A stretch of 64,000 nt of DNA from positions 49,230,001-49,294,000 of the forward strand of contig NC_045707.1 in NCBI RefSeq assembly GCF_009834535.1, given 5' to 3'. A model generated the notes under the pieces. That model saw nothing but the letters and a program-made list of their open reading frames with translations. It did no database searches and was not told the DNA's origin. The stretch is from Camelus ferus (Eukaryota). Shown here piece by piece: positions 25,110 through 38,314 of the stretch; position 1 is the stretch's first letter, and each line of letters begins with the position of its first letter. The translations under genes and the position numbers were made by a program.

Positions 25110-25880
25110 AATAACAGTAAGAATACTTTTATACCCATTTGATTGATAAAATAATAAAAAAAGTAAAATGTAACAATACCAAATGTTAGCAAGGATGTGA
25201 GCATAGGAGACTGCTATACACTGCTGATGTGAATATAAAGTGACACAACTTCTTTGACGAGTATATGGTATAATCTAGTAAATAAGAAGATATCTGAATC
25301 ACAATATGAGTGTATTCTTCAACTCTGCAGTTATAATCTAGGTATATAAATTCCAAAGATAGATAGATAGATAGGTAGACAGACAGATAAAATAGTTGAT
25401 ATAGAAAGAGAGGAGGAAACTAAGAAAAAAAAGAAGGATAAAGAATGTTCTTTGCAAAAATTTTTTATAATAATTTGAAAAATAAAATCCCATACACCAA
25501 AAAGGAGGACAAAGGAATTGTGTCACTTTCACAGGATGTGATAAATTGTTATCTAATAGCATTGATAAATATCAAAATACAGCATTTTGTGAATAACAAA
25601 GTTAAGGATATATATGTATAGTTTAACACCATTTATATAAAAGTGTACAAATAGGCAAAACAATACAACATCACATTTGTGTATATGTACATGTATGGTA
25701 ATGACATAAGTTATGCAAGGTAATGATGAACCCCAAAGAAAGAATATCTCCTTCGGGATAAATATGGCCAAAAGCTAAGCTTTGACAAAGCTGCACGGTA
25801 CCTAAGTTCATGAGTCTGCCACATTAGTGGCAAAAGTACTTTGTAGTACTTTGTAAGTTTGAATTTTTTTTTTCTAAAAT
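25110..25880 (+). mobile_element. Old L1 (L1ME-like) ORF2 end and 3' UTR
   Basis: AACAATACCAAATGTTAGCAAGGATGTGAGC...ATACACTGCTGATGTGAATATAAA. Confidence 0.7.
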
Positions 25881-26009
25881 AAAACCGGTATTGCATTTTT
25901 ATGAAGATGGAAGCCCCCGTGGTTGAACAGGCAAAAATTCACAAACATGGTACACAATGAGTTTAAAGGGCAGGAGACGTATCCTTCTGCTTGAGAATGG
26001 AATCGTCCC

Positions 26010-26250
26010 TCACCATTGGTTGGGACAGTACTGTGCTGGGCATTGTTCCAAGTGCTTTACACCTATCATCTCATTTAATCCTTGTGACAATTCTCTGTGG
26101 AAGACACTACCATTTCTCCCTCTTATACACAGGGTGCTGCAACAGAGAAAGGTAAGTAACTTGGCCAGTGTCACATAGCTAATAAACTGGGGCACTAGAA
26201 TTTAAACCAGAGAGTCTGAGTTCTCAACCTGTCACAAACTATGCTTGGTA
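26010..26250 (-). mobile_element. MIR SINE
   Basis: TACTGTGCTGGGCATTGTTCCAAGTGCTTTACA...TCTCATTTAATCCT...AAGTAACTTGGCCAGTGTCACATAGCTA. Confidence 0.85.
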
Positions 26251-26267
26251 AATGTGCTTATATTAAA

Positions 26268-26450
26268 GCAGCAATTCTCAAGTGTGTTCCAGGGTCCAGC
26301 AGCACCAGCATTACCTGGGAATTAGAAATGCAAATTCTTGAGCCTCACCCTAGACCTACTGAATCAGAAACTCTGGGACTGAGCTTAGCAAATGTTATTT
26401 ATAACAGGTCTCTCACTGTGTGAAAGCAATCTACAGGCTTACAGACCCCA
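26268..26450. mobile_element. MER5A hAT-Charlie MITE
   Basis: CAGCAGCACCAGCATTACCTGGGAATTAGAAATGCAAATTCTTGAGCCTCACCCTAGACCTACTGAATCAGAAACTCTGGG. Confidence 0.88.
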
Positions 26451-26746
26451 CAAATTGGAAAACTAAAAAGGAAATTAGATTTTATCTTTCTCCACTGTTT
26501 TCAGTTCAGCTGAAACCTGATGCTACTTGAATTACACTTTTAAATTGTGTGTGAGCTACAGAAGAGTTGCAAGAATTGATGTATCTACTTGGGAATGAAG
26601 TGAAGTTTTGTGATGGGAGGGCACAAACTTCAGAGAGAGAAATTTGAGTAAGAGAATCGTGTTAACCTGAAGCTAGGAAACTCAGGTTAACATAAAGAGA
26701 TTTCATGTGAGACCCCCTCCACCCCATGAATTTCAATCTATAGATC

Positions 26747-27071
26747 TGTAAAAAATTAATAGAAAGCTAAATTAAACAGTGCTGGAAACCCAAAAGGGGG
26801 AGCTCTCATGCCCTGCTATAATAGCGGAGCCCAACAGGAAGAAAAAAAGATTCTTCTTTCCTGGCAAAGACTCAGCCAATTAAAAGCCATGGACACCTCG
26901 TTTACTGCAGCCTTCTCACCTCCCTTTTCTTGTCTATATAGTGTTTCCTTCTTTTACTGTGTGGGGACTGGCATATGAATTGTCATGATTGCAGATCCTA
27001 AATTGTAATTCTCTGCTGATCCCCAATAAACACATCTTTGGTGGAGAAATATCTGGCAGTCTGTTTGTTCT
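26747..27071 (+). mobile_element. ERV1 solo LTR
   Basis: Starts TG; CCAAT box near 26876, TATA-like site near 26935, AATAAA near 27025; flanked by GATC at 26743-26746 and 27072-27075. Confidence 0.75.
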
Positions 27072-28659
27072 GATCCATGGATTCTTTCTTAATAGGAGAC
27101 TTAAGAAAAACCGTATTAGCTCAAATTGATAGCTTTGTCCTGTGAGCCACGTGCATTCTGAAACTAAACAATCTTTTCCAATAAGGAAATGTGCATTTAC
27201 TAGTGGAATCTGATCTGGTAATACTGTAAACTTCACAGAAACAATGTAGTGAAGAGGAAGAGGGACTGGAGCTTTTGCAATGAAATGCCCCCTACTCTTA
27301 CTCCAAGTTCCTAAAAACACTGGCCCATTGAGTGTCCTATGTAGTGAAGTGTGGCACTGAAAGTGAAGTGTAGAGAGAAGCCTATGACCCTGGTAAAGCA
27401 TTCTGGAAAGAATACACACTAGGGAATAAATCCAACTATTGTATTGCTCGCATGAGTCAGAGCATACTGGGGTGGATTTCCCTTATGTGTTTTGTTTGAT
27501 GTAGCATTATACTAGCAGGGGCTGGTTCAGATGATTCACATAAGCATGCACTGTGTGGAAGAAAGGAAAACCAAAAGGACTTTCTTCATGGGAGATTTTG
27601 TTATTCAACAAAAAATCTGAAACTTTTCTTTGGGGGGGAGGGCTCACAATTTATATAATCCTGCTGCTTCCAGCCAAATTATTATTTTGTGTGTGTGTGT
27701 TTATTTTTGCTGTTGTTTTTAATGGTTACTGATATGAAAGAGAGGGAGACTTTCCATCACCTTGACCCCACTTTGTACCCACTTAGACTAATACATTTTA
27801 AATAGATTTACAGTGAAAATATTCAGCAGATAATTCTCTCCAGGACAAGCATCCTTTCCTCTCTCCAACCTTTGAAGACACTTAAGTATATTAACAGGGA
27901 ATGGATAAGATTCTATCCAAAGAGACAGTGATTCAACAAAAAGCCTGTCTTCTCCTGGGATTAGTCCCACTTTGCCTTGGACACCCAGTGGCTCAAATTT
28001 GTGCCTTTTGCAATCCTTTGCTCAGCACATGTTCATCCACTGAATATGGTCATTTAAATGTGAGTGAAAGTGCATCCTTTTGAAAATATGGCATGATTAC
28101 ATACAATTCGTACAAAAACCTTGGGAAACGGTTGATTTGGCAATGCTACCTGAAACTTTTATTCTCTCCTAAGGTAGGCAAGAGAAGCATTTTGTATCTT
28201 ATTCTTTATTTGCTACTTTAAAATTATTCTCCAACCCTGTAAAATTTTCTTATTTCTTAAGAGTGTTCCTTTGACTTTCTTCTGAATGTTTATTGAGCAT
28301 CAGGTATTTTGCACACATGTCTCTCATGTTACTAAGACGGTAGATATTAAGATTCAAATGGATTTGCTAAAACCATGCAGCTAGAAAATATTACAGTTGG
28401 ATTTTGGAGCCAAGGTCAGGGTGGCACATTCTGCAGGCCTCTCTACTAGATCACACCACCTCCCGGATGCAAAAACCTAGTAACGATGTCCAAGCACATT
28501 TTTAGGACCCCAAAGACCAAGAATAAGGTGTATCAGCCTTTGTGTCATGAAGGTCAGCTATAACCTTTTCATATTTGGCCACTTTTTTGATGACCTGGTT
28601 ATCAACATGTGTTCTAAGCAGGACTAAACATTTTCTCACTGATGAATCTTGTGACTCTG

Positions 28660-29410
28660 CCTACCATGAAATAGCCATATGTCAAAAACCTATGTACTTA
28701 CTACCCAGCTAATATTTCATACATACACACACATAGATGTAATTTTAGCCTCCTGCATATCCCTCTTCATCTAATTATTTTCTCATATTCTCCAAAGATA
28801 ACATTGTCCTAAAGTTGGAGGCTATCAATCTCATACATATTCTCAAACGTTAGCTAAATATGTATCTGTGTAATTCTGATTTCTTGCTATCATAATTAAC
28901 ATTGCAATAAACTTTCTTGTACAACTCCCATTTGTGCACACGAGGGTTTCTCTAAATCTTAGTAATCCATGTGTTAGCAGCATTGGCATCGGCATCGACT
29001 GGGAGCTTGTTAGAAATTCAGACTCTCAGGCTTCACTCCAGGCCTTATAAATAGAACCTGCATTTCTCCATTGGAAGATATCCCCAGGTGATTCAGAAAC
29101 ACATTAGATTTTGCGAAGCACTGTTTTAGGGTATGTAAAAAGGAGTGGAATTGTTGAGAACACACACTTTATTAGATATGGCCAAACTGCTCTTCAAAGT
29201 GTTTATATCAATATACAATAACACCAGAAGTCAGATTAAAATATTTTTGCCAGTCAGCTGAATATGAAATGCTATGTTAGTATTCCTTGGATTCATATTT
29301 CCCTCATTTCTAATGAGATTTGAAAATGTCTTCATATATCCATTGTCTATGGGTGCCTTCCATGAATTTCCTTGTCATATCCTGTGCCAAATTTTCTGTT
29401 GGTCTTTGGT
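28660..29410 (-). mobile_element. Old L1ME fragment with a nested MER5A1-like MITE at ~28940-29125
   Basis: GAGGGTTTCTCTA...TAGGGTATGTAAAAAGGAGTGGAATTG is split by GGCATC...TGGGAGCTTGTTAGAAATTCAGACTCTCAGG. Confidence 0.7.
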
Positions 29411-31545
29411 TTGTATGCTTTATGTCATGTCAAAGTATCCTAAAGAGGTTTTTTAATCTTTATTTTCTCTTTTCTCTTCCTTCATCCTTCCTTCTCTGTC
29501 TCTTTGTTAGAAGAGATTGCAGGGTATGGAGGTTATTCAGATATTCCAGTTGTCATGATGTCAGATGTGAACATTCATTACTAAAGTACTTTATTATTGT
29601 TTCCTCTGGCCAAGACAAAATAATAGTAACAACAACAGTAAGAGCTTGTCTATAAGTGAACAGAACAGAATTTGAAGCCAGTCCTGTCTGATTTGAAGAC
29701 CCATGCTCAAAGGACCTTAATTTCCAATTGTTTCCTCTTGTGATCAAAACATTATAATTACATTATAGCTGAAATCTACCATTCTTCCTCTCCTTCTTTA
29801 ATAGATAATATGCTAATATGTAATAGCATATAACATATACATTATATACATGTTCAATAGATTATTTATGATATATGGCATGTATTTGTACATAATGTAT
29901 ATAGCAGTATAATATTTTTATAGCATTAATGTATAGCAAGGCTAACCTCTGAGATACAGTCTTCAGTAAAGAGTAGGCAAGAGAGGAGTTCTAAAGCCAT
30001 AATATTTTTATACTGTTCTACTTCTATTAATAATATTTTTAAAAATTTCTTATAGTAATCATCAATGACATCTGATAAATAAACAACATTGTTTATTTGC
30101 TTGTAATTGTTTTACTAAGCCATTCCCCTGACAATGCTGATTCTCTAGGTCTGGGCTGGGACCCTGATATCTGCAGATATATGTATTTTTACAGACACAA
30201 TTGAGTATCTTTCTATAAGCAAGTTTGGGGGGGAAAAGTTTCTACTTCACAATTAAGAGATATCTGCTCCTTCTCACCTGAATATTGACCCAGCATAATT
30301 CAAAACATGCGGTAGGATCAGTGCAATGAGGCATATATTTGGAAAGAACATTTTGGTTAGTCTTGCTCAGGGAGGAAATATCCTCCCACATCTCAAGGGG
30401 GTATCTTCCAGGCAAATGTCAAGGCAATTACAATTAGGATCCATTTAAACACTGCACAGCTTACTGTCCTGTCTCAAAACACCGATAAAGTGGTGAATCA
30501 AAGTGCTGACTTGGTTTATGAGCCACTCACTCTCCCAGCACAGCTGCCACTTCTCTTATCTTTGTGTGACCTCTAAGCGTACTGCAGATAAGGGAGGGCT
30601 TTAAGGCAGCAGCAGCTGTGGGCTTACCAGGTCTCCTGACAATAGTCAGAGCTGGGTTCACCCCTTTTCCTTCAACTTTAATTTCAGTCCATGGGGCTCT
30701 TTCAGTTCTAACATCCTGGCTACATTCTCTGCACATCTGTAAACTTGTGCCTTATTCTTCATTTCAAAGTTATGAGATGTCCATTTTGGAAAATAAGAAT
30801 AATTGAAAAAAGCAGTGAATTTAATTTGATGTGACAGAAGAAAGCAACTGGAGAGGATATTATAACTATTCAAGTTTGCAGGAACTTTTTTTATTGCCAA
30901 TGAAGAAGTTTCTCAATTTGGACAAAAACACAAGCATGATGTGTTCTTGATAAGTGCTTCTCTTTCCAAATACCTAAAAATAGTTTACAATTCTCATACA
31001 TTTATAAGAGTGCTGGTAAATGCCACCATTCCTTCATGAAAGAAGAAAAAGTGGTGAAAAAAGAAACATGCACAATGCAAGTGAAAGAACAATGGATTTC
31101 CAGGTACAGAGCCTACCTAGTCCCATCAGTCAAGCTGTAAATATCCATCAAGTGACAAGCAAAATAAAATACAGTACTAGCTGCTGAAAGAAAGAGTGAA
31201 GGGCAGGGAATATAAGATAGTAATGGTCTGATACATAGGTTGTTATAAGAATTAAATGAGTGAATATATCTAAAAGCACCTAGAGCAGAGCTGGATGCAC
31301 AGAAAAAGCTCAATACATGCCTGTTGTTTTCATTAGTTATTTTCCTCTAAGAAACTAAAGGTCAACACATGAAAAGATACCTAAAAATAATCTACTCCAA
31401 TATTAGAGGAAGGTTTTGCATATCCTACTTCCTTTTTACATCCCCAGCAACCAAATCAGGAGGTATCAATAATATCTATAGAATTCAGTTGGAGTCGGCA
31501 TAAACTAAATTACAATCAATGCTAGAGGCAATAAATTATATAGAA

Positions 31546-31755
31546 CAGTGGTTCTCAATCAGTATGATTTTGTCCCAAACCACAGGGGACATCTGGCAAT
31601 GTCTGGAGATATTTTTGGTTGCCATAACTGGTGGGGAAGAAATTACTACTAGTTTCTAGGAGGTAGACACTAGGGATCCTGCTAAACGTTGTGCAGTGCA
31701 CCAGACAGCTCCCACAACCAAGAATCATTAGACCCAAAGTGTCAACAGTGACAAA
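31546..31755 (+). mobile_element. MER20 hAT-Charlie MITE
   Basis: CAGTGGTTCTCAA...GGGGACATCTGGCAATGTCTGGAGATATTTTTGGTTGCCATAACTGG. Confidence 0.9.
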
Positions 31756-32825
31756 GGAGTGTAAAGGCTTTGCATTTCAAGAATGGGAGATGTGTATTTC
31801 AGACACAAAAGAATACATGAGAAAAATACGGGTCAGGAAAATGCTAATATAAAGAGCAATAATAAAAAGCACAGAAGCAGAGTTTACGGTACAATGAGAA
31901 GCACACTGTGGGTTTTGTCTTCCCATCACTGTAATTTCCCCGTCTGCATTTCTTCCCCACATTCCTCTTGTGCCCTGGATCATTTACACATTTACCAGAG
32001 CATTAAGTCATGTGACTCTAATCCAAGCATCCACCCCACCATCAATTCCACTTACCTCCTTGGAAACTACAATTTCTCCCTTCCTTTTGCCCATCTGTAT
32101 AAACATGACAGCTCTAGATTTCTTAGAGAGAGTTCCATTCTCCTGTCTCCATGTTTTGCTTAATGTAGAGATATGAAGAATTCCCTCCCTCTTTAAATAT
32201 CTATTTCACTAGGCAAGGAGAGAGTAACTTTACATTTTTCTGGGATGTCCAACTGTCCATTAAACCTATTTCAATAAATCACCTGCAAGTAAGTGTGGCA
32301 ATGAGGATTATTACTGGATCCTAAGGAAGTTCATCTTCAGCCATATATATTAATGTGAAACAGAATATACCAGGCACAGATCATCCCAAACCATTATTAA
32401 CCATACATTTCTTCTTTAATCAACTATTTCTTTGCGTATGTGTGTTTAGACCTCATTCCCACATTTTGAGTTCTCACTTGTAAGGATTTCATCAAAAAAA
32501 AAAAGTTTAGCACATTTCTTCTATTACTAGGATCTTATTTTCCCACTCATGTCCCAATATTAAAAAATATTTACCTTAAAGACATTCAACAATGACAGTG
32601 CTTGGGGATAAAAAAATCTTATTAATTAATAAGACTTCAGGAATGAAGATTGGAGGGTAATTTCATAAATGATACATCTTTCGTTATCAATGTTTGATTT
32701 TAATTCTACTGAAAAAAAAAAAAAACACCACAATGACATTTTCTCTATGTCTTGTTATTTTAAACATCCTAGTGATTTTGGGCACATCTGATAGAGAAGC
32801 CAGAACCACGAAATTGAAAGAATGC

Positions 32826-32857
<32 letters not shown>

Positions 32858-34299
32858 AGCAGCTGCCCGAATATAATAACCTTGAGGCAAAGAAGTTGGT
32901 CAGGAGTGCAATTCTTTTGTTTACTTTTAATTTCCTTCTGGCTTTTAAAAATATAACTTGTGTTCATATAAATGCTGCATCAAAGCAGTCATAATAAATA
33001 ATTAGAGTGTTATCAAAGACAGTTTTGTTCTTCCAGCTGCTAGAACTGTTTTATTTACATAGTATTGTGAAGTGACTCAAAAACAGCTGCTATTTTATGT
33101 GAGCTATTCCATGATTTGATTTGAAATGCTTTCCTCCAATATACCAATGTCATTTTAAGAGCAATGGCAGACTCATGACAAAACAGTTTTTGGATTGTTG
33201 TGCATCTCAGAAGGAAAATAACTTTGATCAGTGGATGAATATTGTGAATGGAAATGTACTCTTTCAAAAGAGCAACGTTAGCTTGAAATTGGGTGCCCTC
33301 AGGCTGAGCAAGTAAATGCCACAACAGCGGAATATGTGCACAGGTCAGACACCTAGAGGACTTTCCTAGAAATGCATCCTGCCTTAGGAGCAGACAATTC
33401 ACTTGCTAATTTAATTTACTTCACCTCTGGAGTCAGCCATTCTGACACTATGCAATGACAGAAATAGTTGGACATACATTTAAATTCTCCTGGACAGAAG
33501 TTAGCATAAGCAGGACAAGATAAGGAAGAGAAAGAAAACAACAAAAAAACAAAAAAAGGGCTGTAGCAGAAGAAAATCGGTGAGGCAAGGAAACAAAGAC
33601 AAAAAGAAATAAGGAGGAGAGGAAAGGAAAGAATAGTACCTCAAATGGCCTGACATTTCTTCTACTTATGGCGTTAGAGTCCCTTTTAATTTCCTGATTA
33701 ATAGGTAGGGGTTGTTGTACCATTCCCTATCCCACCCCATTTCCACAAAAAAGCAGAAATCTCTCCTTGTTTTGCTCAGAGAAAAGCACACAAATTGAGG
33801 AGTAATTTCAGTGTATTTGACCACAGCCAAGATATGCTATGAGTTAACTGAACAGGAATGATCAACATACCTCAGGATATATTACTTTCTAATGAGGTTG
33901 CTTATTGACTTATGGACACCCCAACTCAAACTCAGAATGCACTTAGTGATGGGAAATCCAAGCTTATGTTCTGGAGGTTTAATCAACACTTTTTTTTTCT
34001 TTCCAATCAGCTTATCACAAATATATTATTGATACCATTTAGGAAATTAAAACTTTATCTATGTCAACAACTTTTGCCACCAATTTATTTCTTCAGACTC
34101 CTCCAAGATATTTTATAAAATCTTAACAGAATATATAAATTTTTCTCATTTCATAAAATTGTACTGAGTTTTTTATTTAATATAATCTTAAAGGTATGAG
34201 TCTATAAGAAATAAATGAAGCATAATTTCTTCAGTTCACAATGATGGCTAAATTCCTGTGTTTGACTTTTACACTTATTTTTTCTTTTATTTTGGATGT

Positions 34300-34710
34300 A
34301 TAATGCATAGTTCTTTAAGATATATACTTAAGTGGAATGTCTACGGATAGAGATATGATGAATTGAATTATGAAAAGTACAATAAATGGAATATTATGTA
34401 GCAATTTAAAAGAATGAATTAGATGCTCATGCTGTCTTGGAAACTAAAGAGTCACATAAAAAACATTCCTGCATTATTTTTTTTTAAAAAAGGCAAAAAA
34501 AAAAAAAAAGCCAAACAAGTGTTTATTTTTATGCATATTTGCCTAAATAAAAAAGAATATAAGCTAACTCTAGTTAGTTCAGGAATATTGAAAGGGGATT
34601 AAAAAAGAGGAATTTAAGTTTTTATTTACAGAACTCTGTATTTTTAGTTACCGTGATCATGTATTGTAGTATTATTTATGTAATTTATAAAATATAAAGG
34701 CTATAAAAGT
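34300..34710 (+). mobile_element. Old L1 3' UTR fragment
   Basis: AATGGAATATTATGTAGCAATTTAAAAGAATGAATTAGAT. Confidence 0.55.
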
Positions 34711-35066
34711 GAATAGAATATGTTTTAATAAATTTGTTGGTGCTTCTTCAATCCACTTGAATAGTGTAATCTGAATGATAAAATATATAAAATATTTTTG
34801 GACCATAAATATTTACTTTTTCTGAACACAACACATTAGACTAATTTCATTAATAGTCAATAGTGTTACATTTCATATTTACACTTATGATTATTAAAAC
34901 CACTGTGTGCAAAGACAACGCAAAACATACTATATGCATTCACTATTTATAACAAGCCTAAAAGATTATTAATTCCATTAATGTATGAGCTAATTGAGAT
35001 TCACTGGGATAAATTGTCAAAGCTAGTAAGTCGCATAACTGAGGTTAAAGCTGAGGTTTGTCTGAT

Positions 35067-38000
35067 GAAACGTAGCAAAGGCAGTGGTAAGAGGGAAGTT
35101 TATACGAATACAAGCCTTCCTCAAAAAAGAAGAACACTCTCAAATAAACAATCTAACCCACCAGCTAAAAGAATTAGAAAAAGAAGAGCAAAAATCCCTA
35201 AAAGTCAGCAGAAAGAAGGAAATAATAAAGATCAGGGAGGAAATAAATAAAACAGAGAAGAAAAAAAAATAGAAAAATCAATCACACCAAAAGCTAGTTT
35301 TTTGAAAGAGTAAATAAAATCGACAAACCTCTGGCCAAACTCACAAAGAAGAAAAAAGAGAGAGCACAAATAGGCAAAATAAGAAAGGAAAATGGAGAAA
35401 TCACAACAAATAACATAGAAATACAGAATATCATACAAGAATATTATGAAAAACTATATGGAACCAAAGTGGATAACCTAGAGGAGATGGACACGTTTCT
35501 GGAAAGATACAGTCCACCAAGACTGAATCAAGAAGAAACTGACCACTTAAACACTAGAAATGCAATCGAATTAGCAATAAAAAACCTCCCTACAAATAAA
35601 AGTCCAGACCGGACAGCTTCACCAGGGAATTCTACCAAACATACAAAGAAGAACTCATACCAGTCCTTCTCAAACTCTTCCAGACAATTGAAAAGGAAGG
35701 AATACTCCCAAACTCATTCTATGAAGCCACCATCACCCTGATACCAAAACCAGGCAAAGACACCACCTAAAAAGAGAATTACAGACCAATATCACTGACG
35801 AACATAGATGCAAAAATCCTCACCAAAATACTAGCAAATAGAATCCAACAGCACATAAAAAAGATTATACATCGTGATCAAGTGGGGTTCATCCAGAGAC
35901 ACAGGGGTGTTTCAACATATGCAAATCAATCAATGTAATACATCACATCAACAAGAGAAAGGACAAAAACCACATGATCATCTCAACAGATGCAGAAAAA
36001 GCTTTAGATAAAATTCAACACCCATTTATGATAAAAACTCTCGCCAAAGTGGGTATAGAGGGAACATATCTCAACATAATAAAAGCTATCTATGAGAAAC
36101 CTACAGCCAGCATAGTACTCAACAGTGAAAAACTCAAAAGCTTCCCATTAAAATCTGGGACAAGACAAGGATGCTCACTATCACCACTCCTATTCAACAC
36201 AGTCTTGGAGGTCCCAGCCACAGCAATCAGGCAACAGAGAGAAATAAAAGGGATCCAAATTGTATAAGAAGAGGTAAAAGTGTCACTATATGCAGATGAC
36301 ATGATACCATATATAGAAAACCCAAAAAGGTCCACACAAAAACTACTAGAAATAATCGAAGAATTCTGCAAGGTAGCAGGTTACAAGATTATCATTCAAA
36401 AATCAGTTGCATTTCTTTACACTAATGATGAATCAACAGAAAAAGAAAGTAAAGAAACAATCCCCTTTAAAACAGCACCCAAAGTAATAAAATACCTAGG
36501 AATAAATCTAACCAAGGAGGTGAAAGACTTATACACAGAAAACTATAAAACACTGATGAAGGAAATTAAAGAAGACTTAAAAAAGTGGAAACATATCTCA
36601 CGCTCCTGGATTGCAAGAATCAATATTGTTAAAGTGGTCATACTGCCCAAGGCAATCTACAGATTTAATGCAATCCCTATCAAATTACCCAGGACATATT
36701 TCACAGAACTAGAACAAATCATAATAAAATTTATATGGAACCACAAAAGACCTAGAATTGCCAAAGCATTATTGAAGAAAAAGAAAGAGGCTGGAGGAAT
36801 AACTCTCCCAGACTTCAGACAATACTACAGAGCTACAGTAATCAAAACAGCATGGTATTGGTACAAAAGCAGACATATGGACCAATGGAACAGAACAGAG
36901 AGCCCAGAAATGAACCCACAAACTTTTAGTCAACTATTCTTCAACAAAGGAGGCAAGAATATACAATGGAATAAAGACAGTCTCTTCAGCAAATGGTGTT
37001 GGGAAAACTGGACAGCAGCATGTAGATCAATGAAGCTAGAACACTCCTTACACCATACACAAAAATAAACTCAAAATGGATCAAAGACTTAAACATAAGA
37101 CAAGATACAATAAACCTCCTAGAAGAAAATATAGGCAAAACATTACCTGACATACATCTCAAAAATGCTCTCCTAGGGCAGCCTACCCAAGCAATAGAAA
37201 TAAAAGGAAGAATAAACAAATGGGACCTCATGAAACTTACAAGCTTCTGCACAGCAAAGGAAACCATAAGTAAAACAAACTGACAACTATGGAATGGGAG
37301 AAAATTTTTGCAAATGAAACCGACAAAGTCTTGATCTCCAGAATATATAAGCAGCTCATATGACTTAATAAGAAAGAAACAAACAACCCCATGCAAAAAT
37401 GGGCAGAAGACCTAAACAAGCAATTCTCCAAGGAAGAAATACAAATGATCAACAGGCACATGAAAAAATGCTCAATATCACTAAATATCACAAATCAAAA
37501 CTACAATGAGGTATCACCCCACACCAGTCAGGATGGCCATCATTCAAAAGTCTACAAATGACAAATGCTGGAGAGACTGTGGAGAAAAGGGAACCCTCCT
37601 ATACTGCTGGTGGGAATGCAGTTTGGTGCAGCCATTATAGAAAGCAGTATGGAGATTCCTCAAAAGACTAGGAATAGACTTACTGTATGACCCAGGAATA
37701 CCGCTCCTGGGCATATATCCAGAAGGAACCCTACTTCAAAATGACACCTGCACCCCAATGTTCATAGCAGCACTATTTACAATAGTCAAGACATGGAAAC
37801 AGCCTAAATGTCCATCAACAGATGACTGAATAAAGAAGATGTGGTCGATTTATACAATGGAATACTATTCAGCCATAAAAACCGACAATATAACACCATC
37901 TGCAGCAACATGGATGTTCCTGGAGAATGTCATTCTAAGTGAAGTAAGCCAGAAAGAGAAAGAAAAATACCATATGAGATCGCTCATATGTGGAATCTAA
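35067..38000 (+). pseudogene. L1 ORF2p remnant (Z domain, reverse transcriptase, C-terminal region); frameshifted, endonuclease missing
   Basis: ORF pieces [29 protein letters not shown] (36283-36303), [21 protein letters not shown]; several stops and frameshifts. Confidence 0.95.
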
Positions 38001-38314
38001 AAAAAACAAAACATTAATACAAAACAAACAGACTCATAGACACAGAATACAAACTTGTGGTTGCCAAGGCGGCGGGGGGTGGGAAGGGACAGACTGGGAT
38101 TTCAAAATTGTAGAATAGATAAACAAGATTATACTGTATAGCACAGGGAAACATATACAAGATATTACGGTAGCTCACAGCGAAAAAAATGTGACAACGA
38201 ATATGTGTATGTTCATGTATAACTGAAAAATTGTGCTCTACACTGGAATTTGACACAACATTGTAAAATGACTATAATTCAATAAAAAAAGTTTAAAAAA
38301 AACCCAAAAAACAC
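35067..38314 (+). mobile_element. Young lineage-specific L1, 5'-truncated (~3.25 kb), inserted into a MIR
   Basis: ORF2 from AKAVVRGKF to the stop at 37998-38000, then 3' UTR, AATAAA and A-rich tail; GTTTGTCTGAT duplicated at 35056-35066 and 38315-38325. Confidence 0.97.

Noticed and set aside
26660..26692. 11-bp inverted repeat TGTTAACCTGA...TCAGGTTAACA
   Set aside because: Arm length with an 11-nt spacer is plausible by chance in 64 kb; no TSD or second copy seen
26934..27419. 161-aa minus-strand ORF, the longest outside L1
   Set aside because: Non-ATG start, runs antisense into an LTR, no recognisable domain
32828..32854. A27 run as a retrocopy tail
   Set aside because: No TSD or recognisable upstream body
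36280..37068. 262-aa reverse transcriptase ORF as a novel RT system
   Set aside because: Ordinary fragment of a disrupted LINE-1 ORF2
36090..37491. Minus-strand ORFs over the L1
   Set aside because: Antisense frames of L1 ORF2
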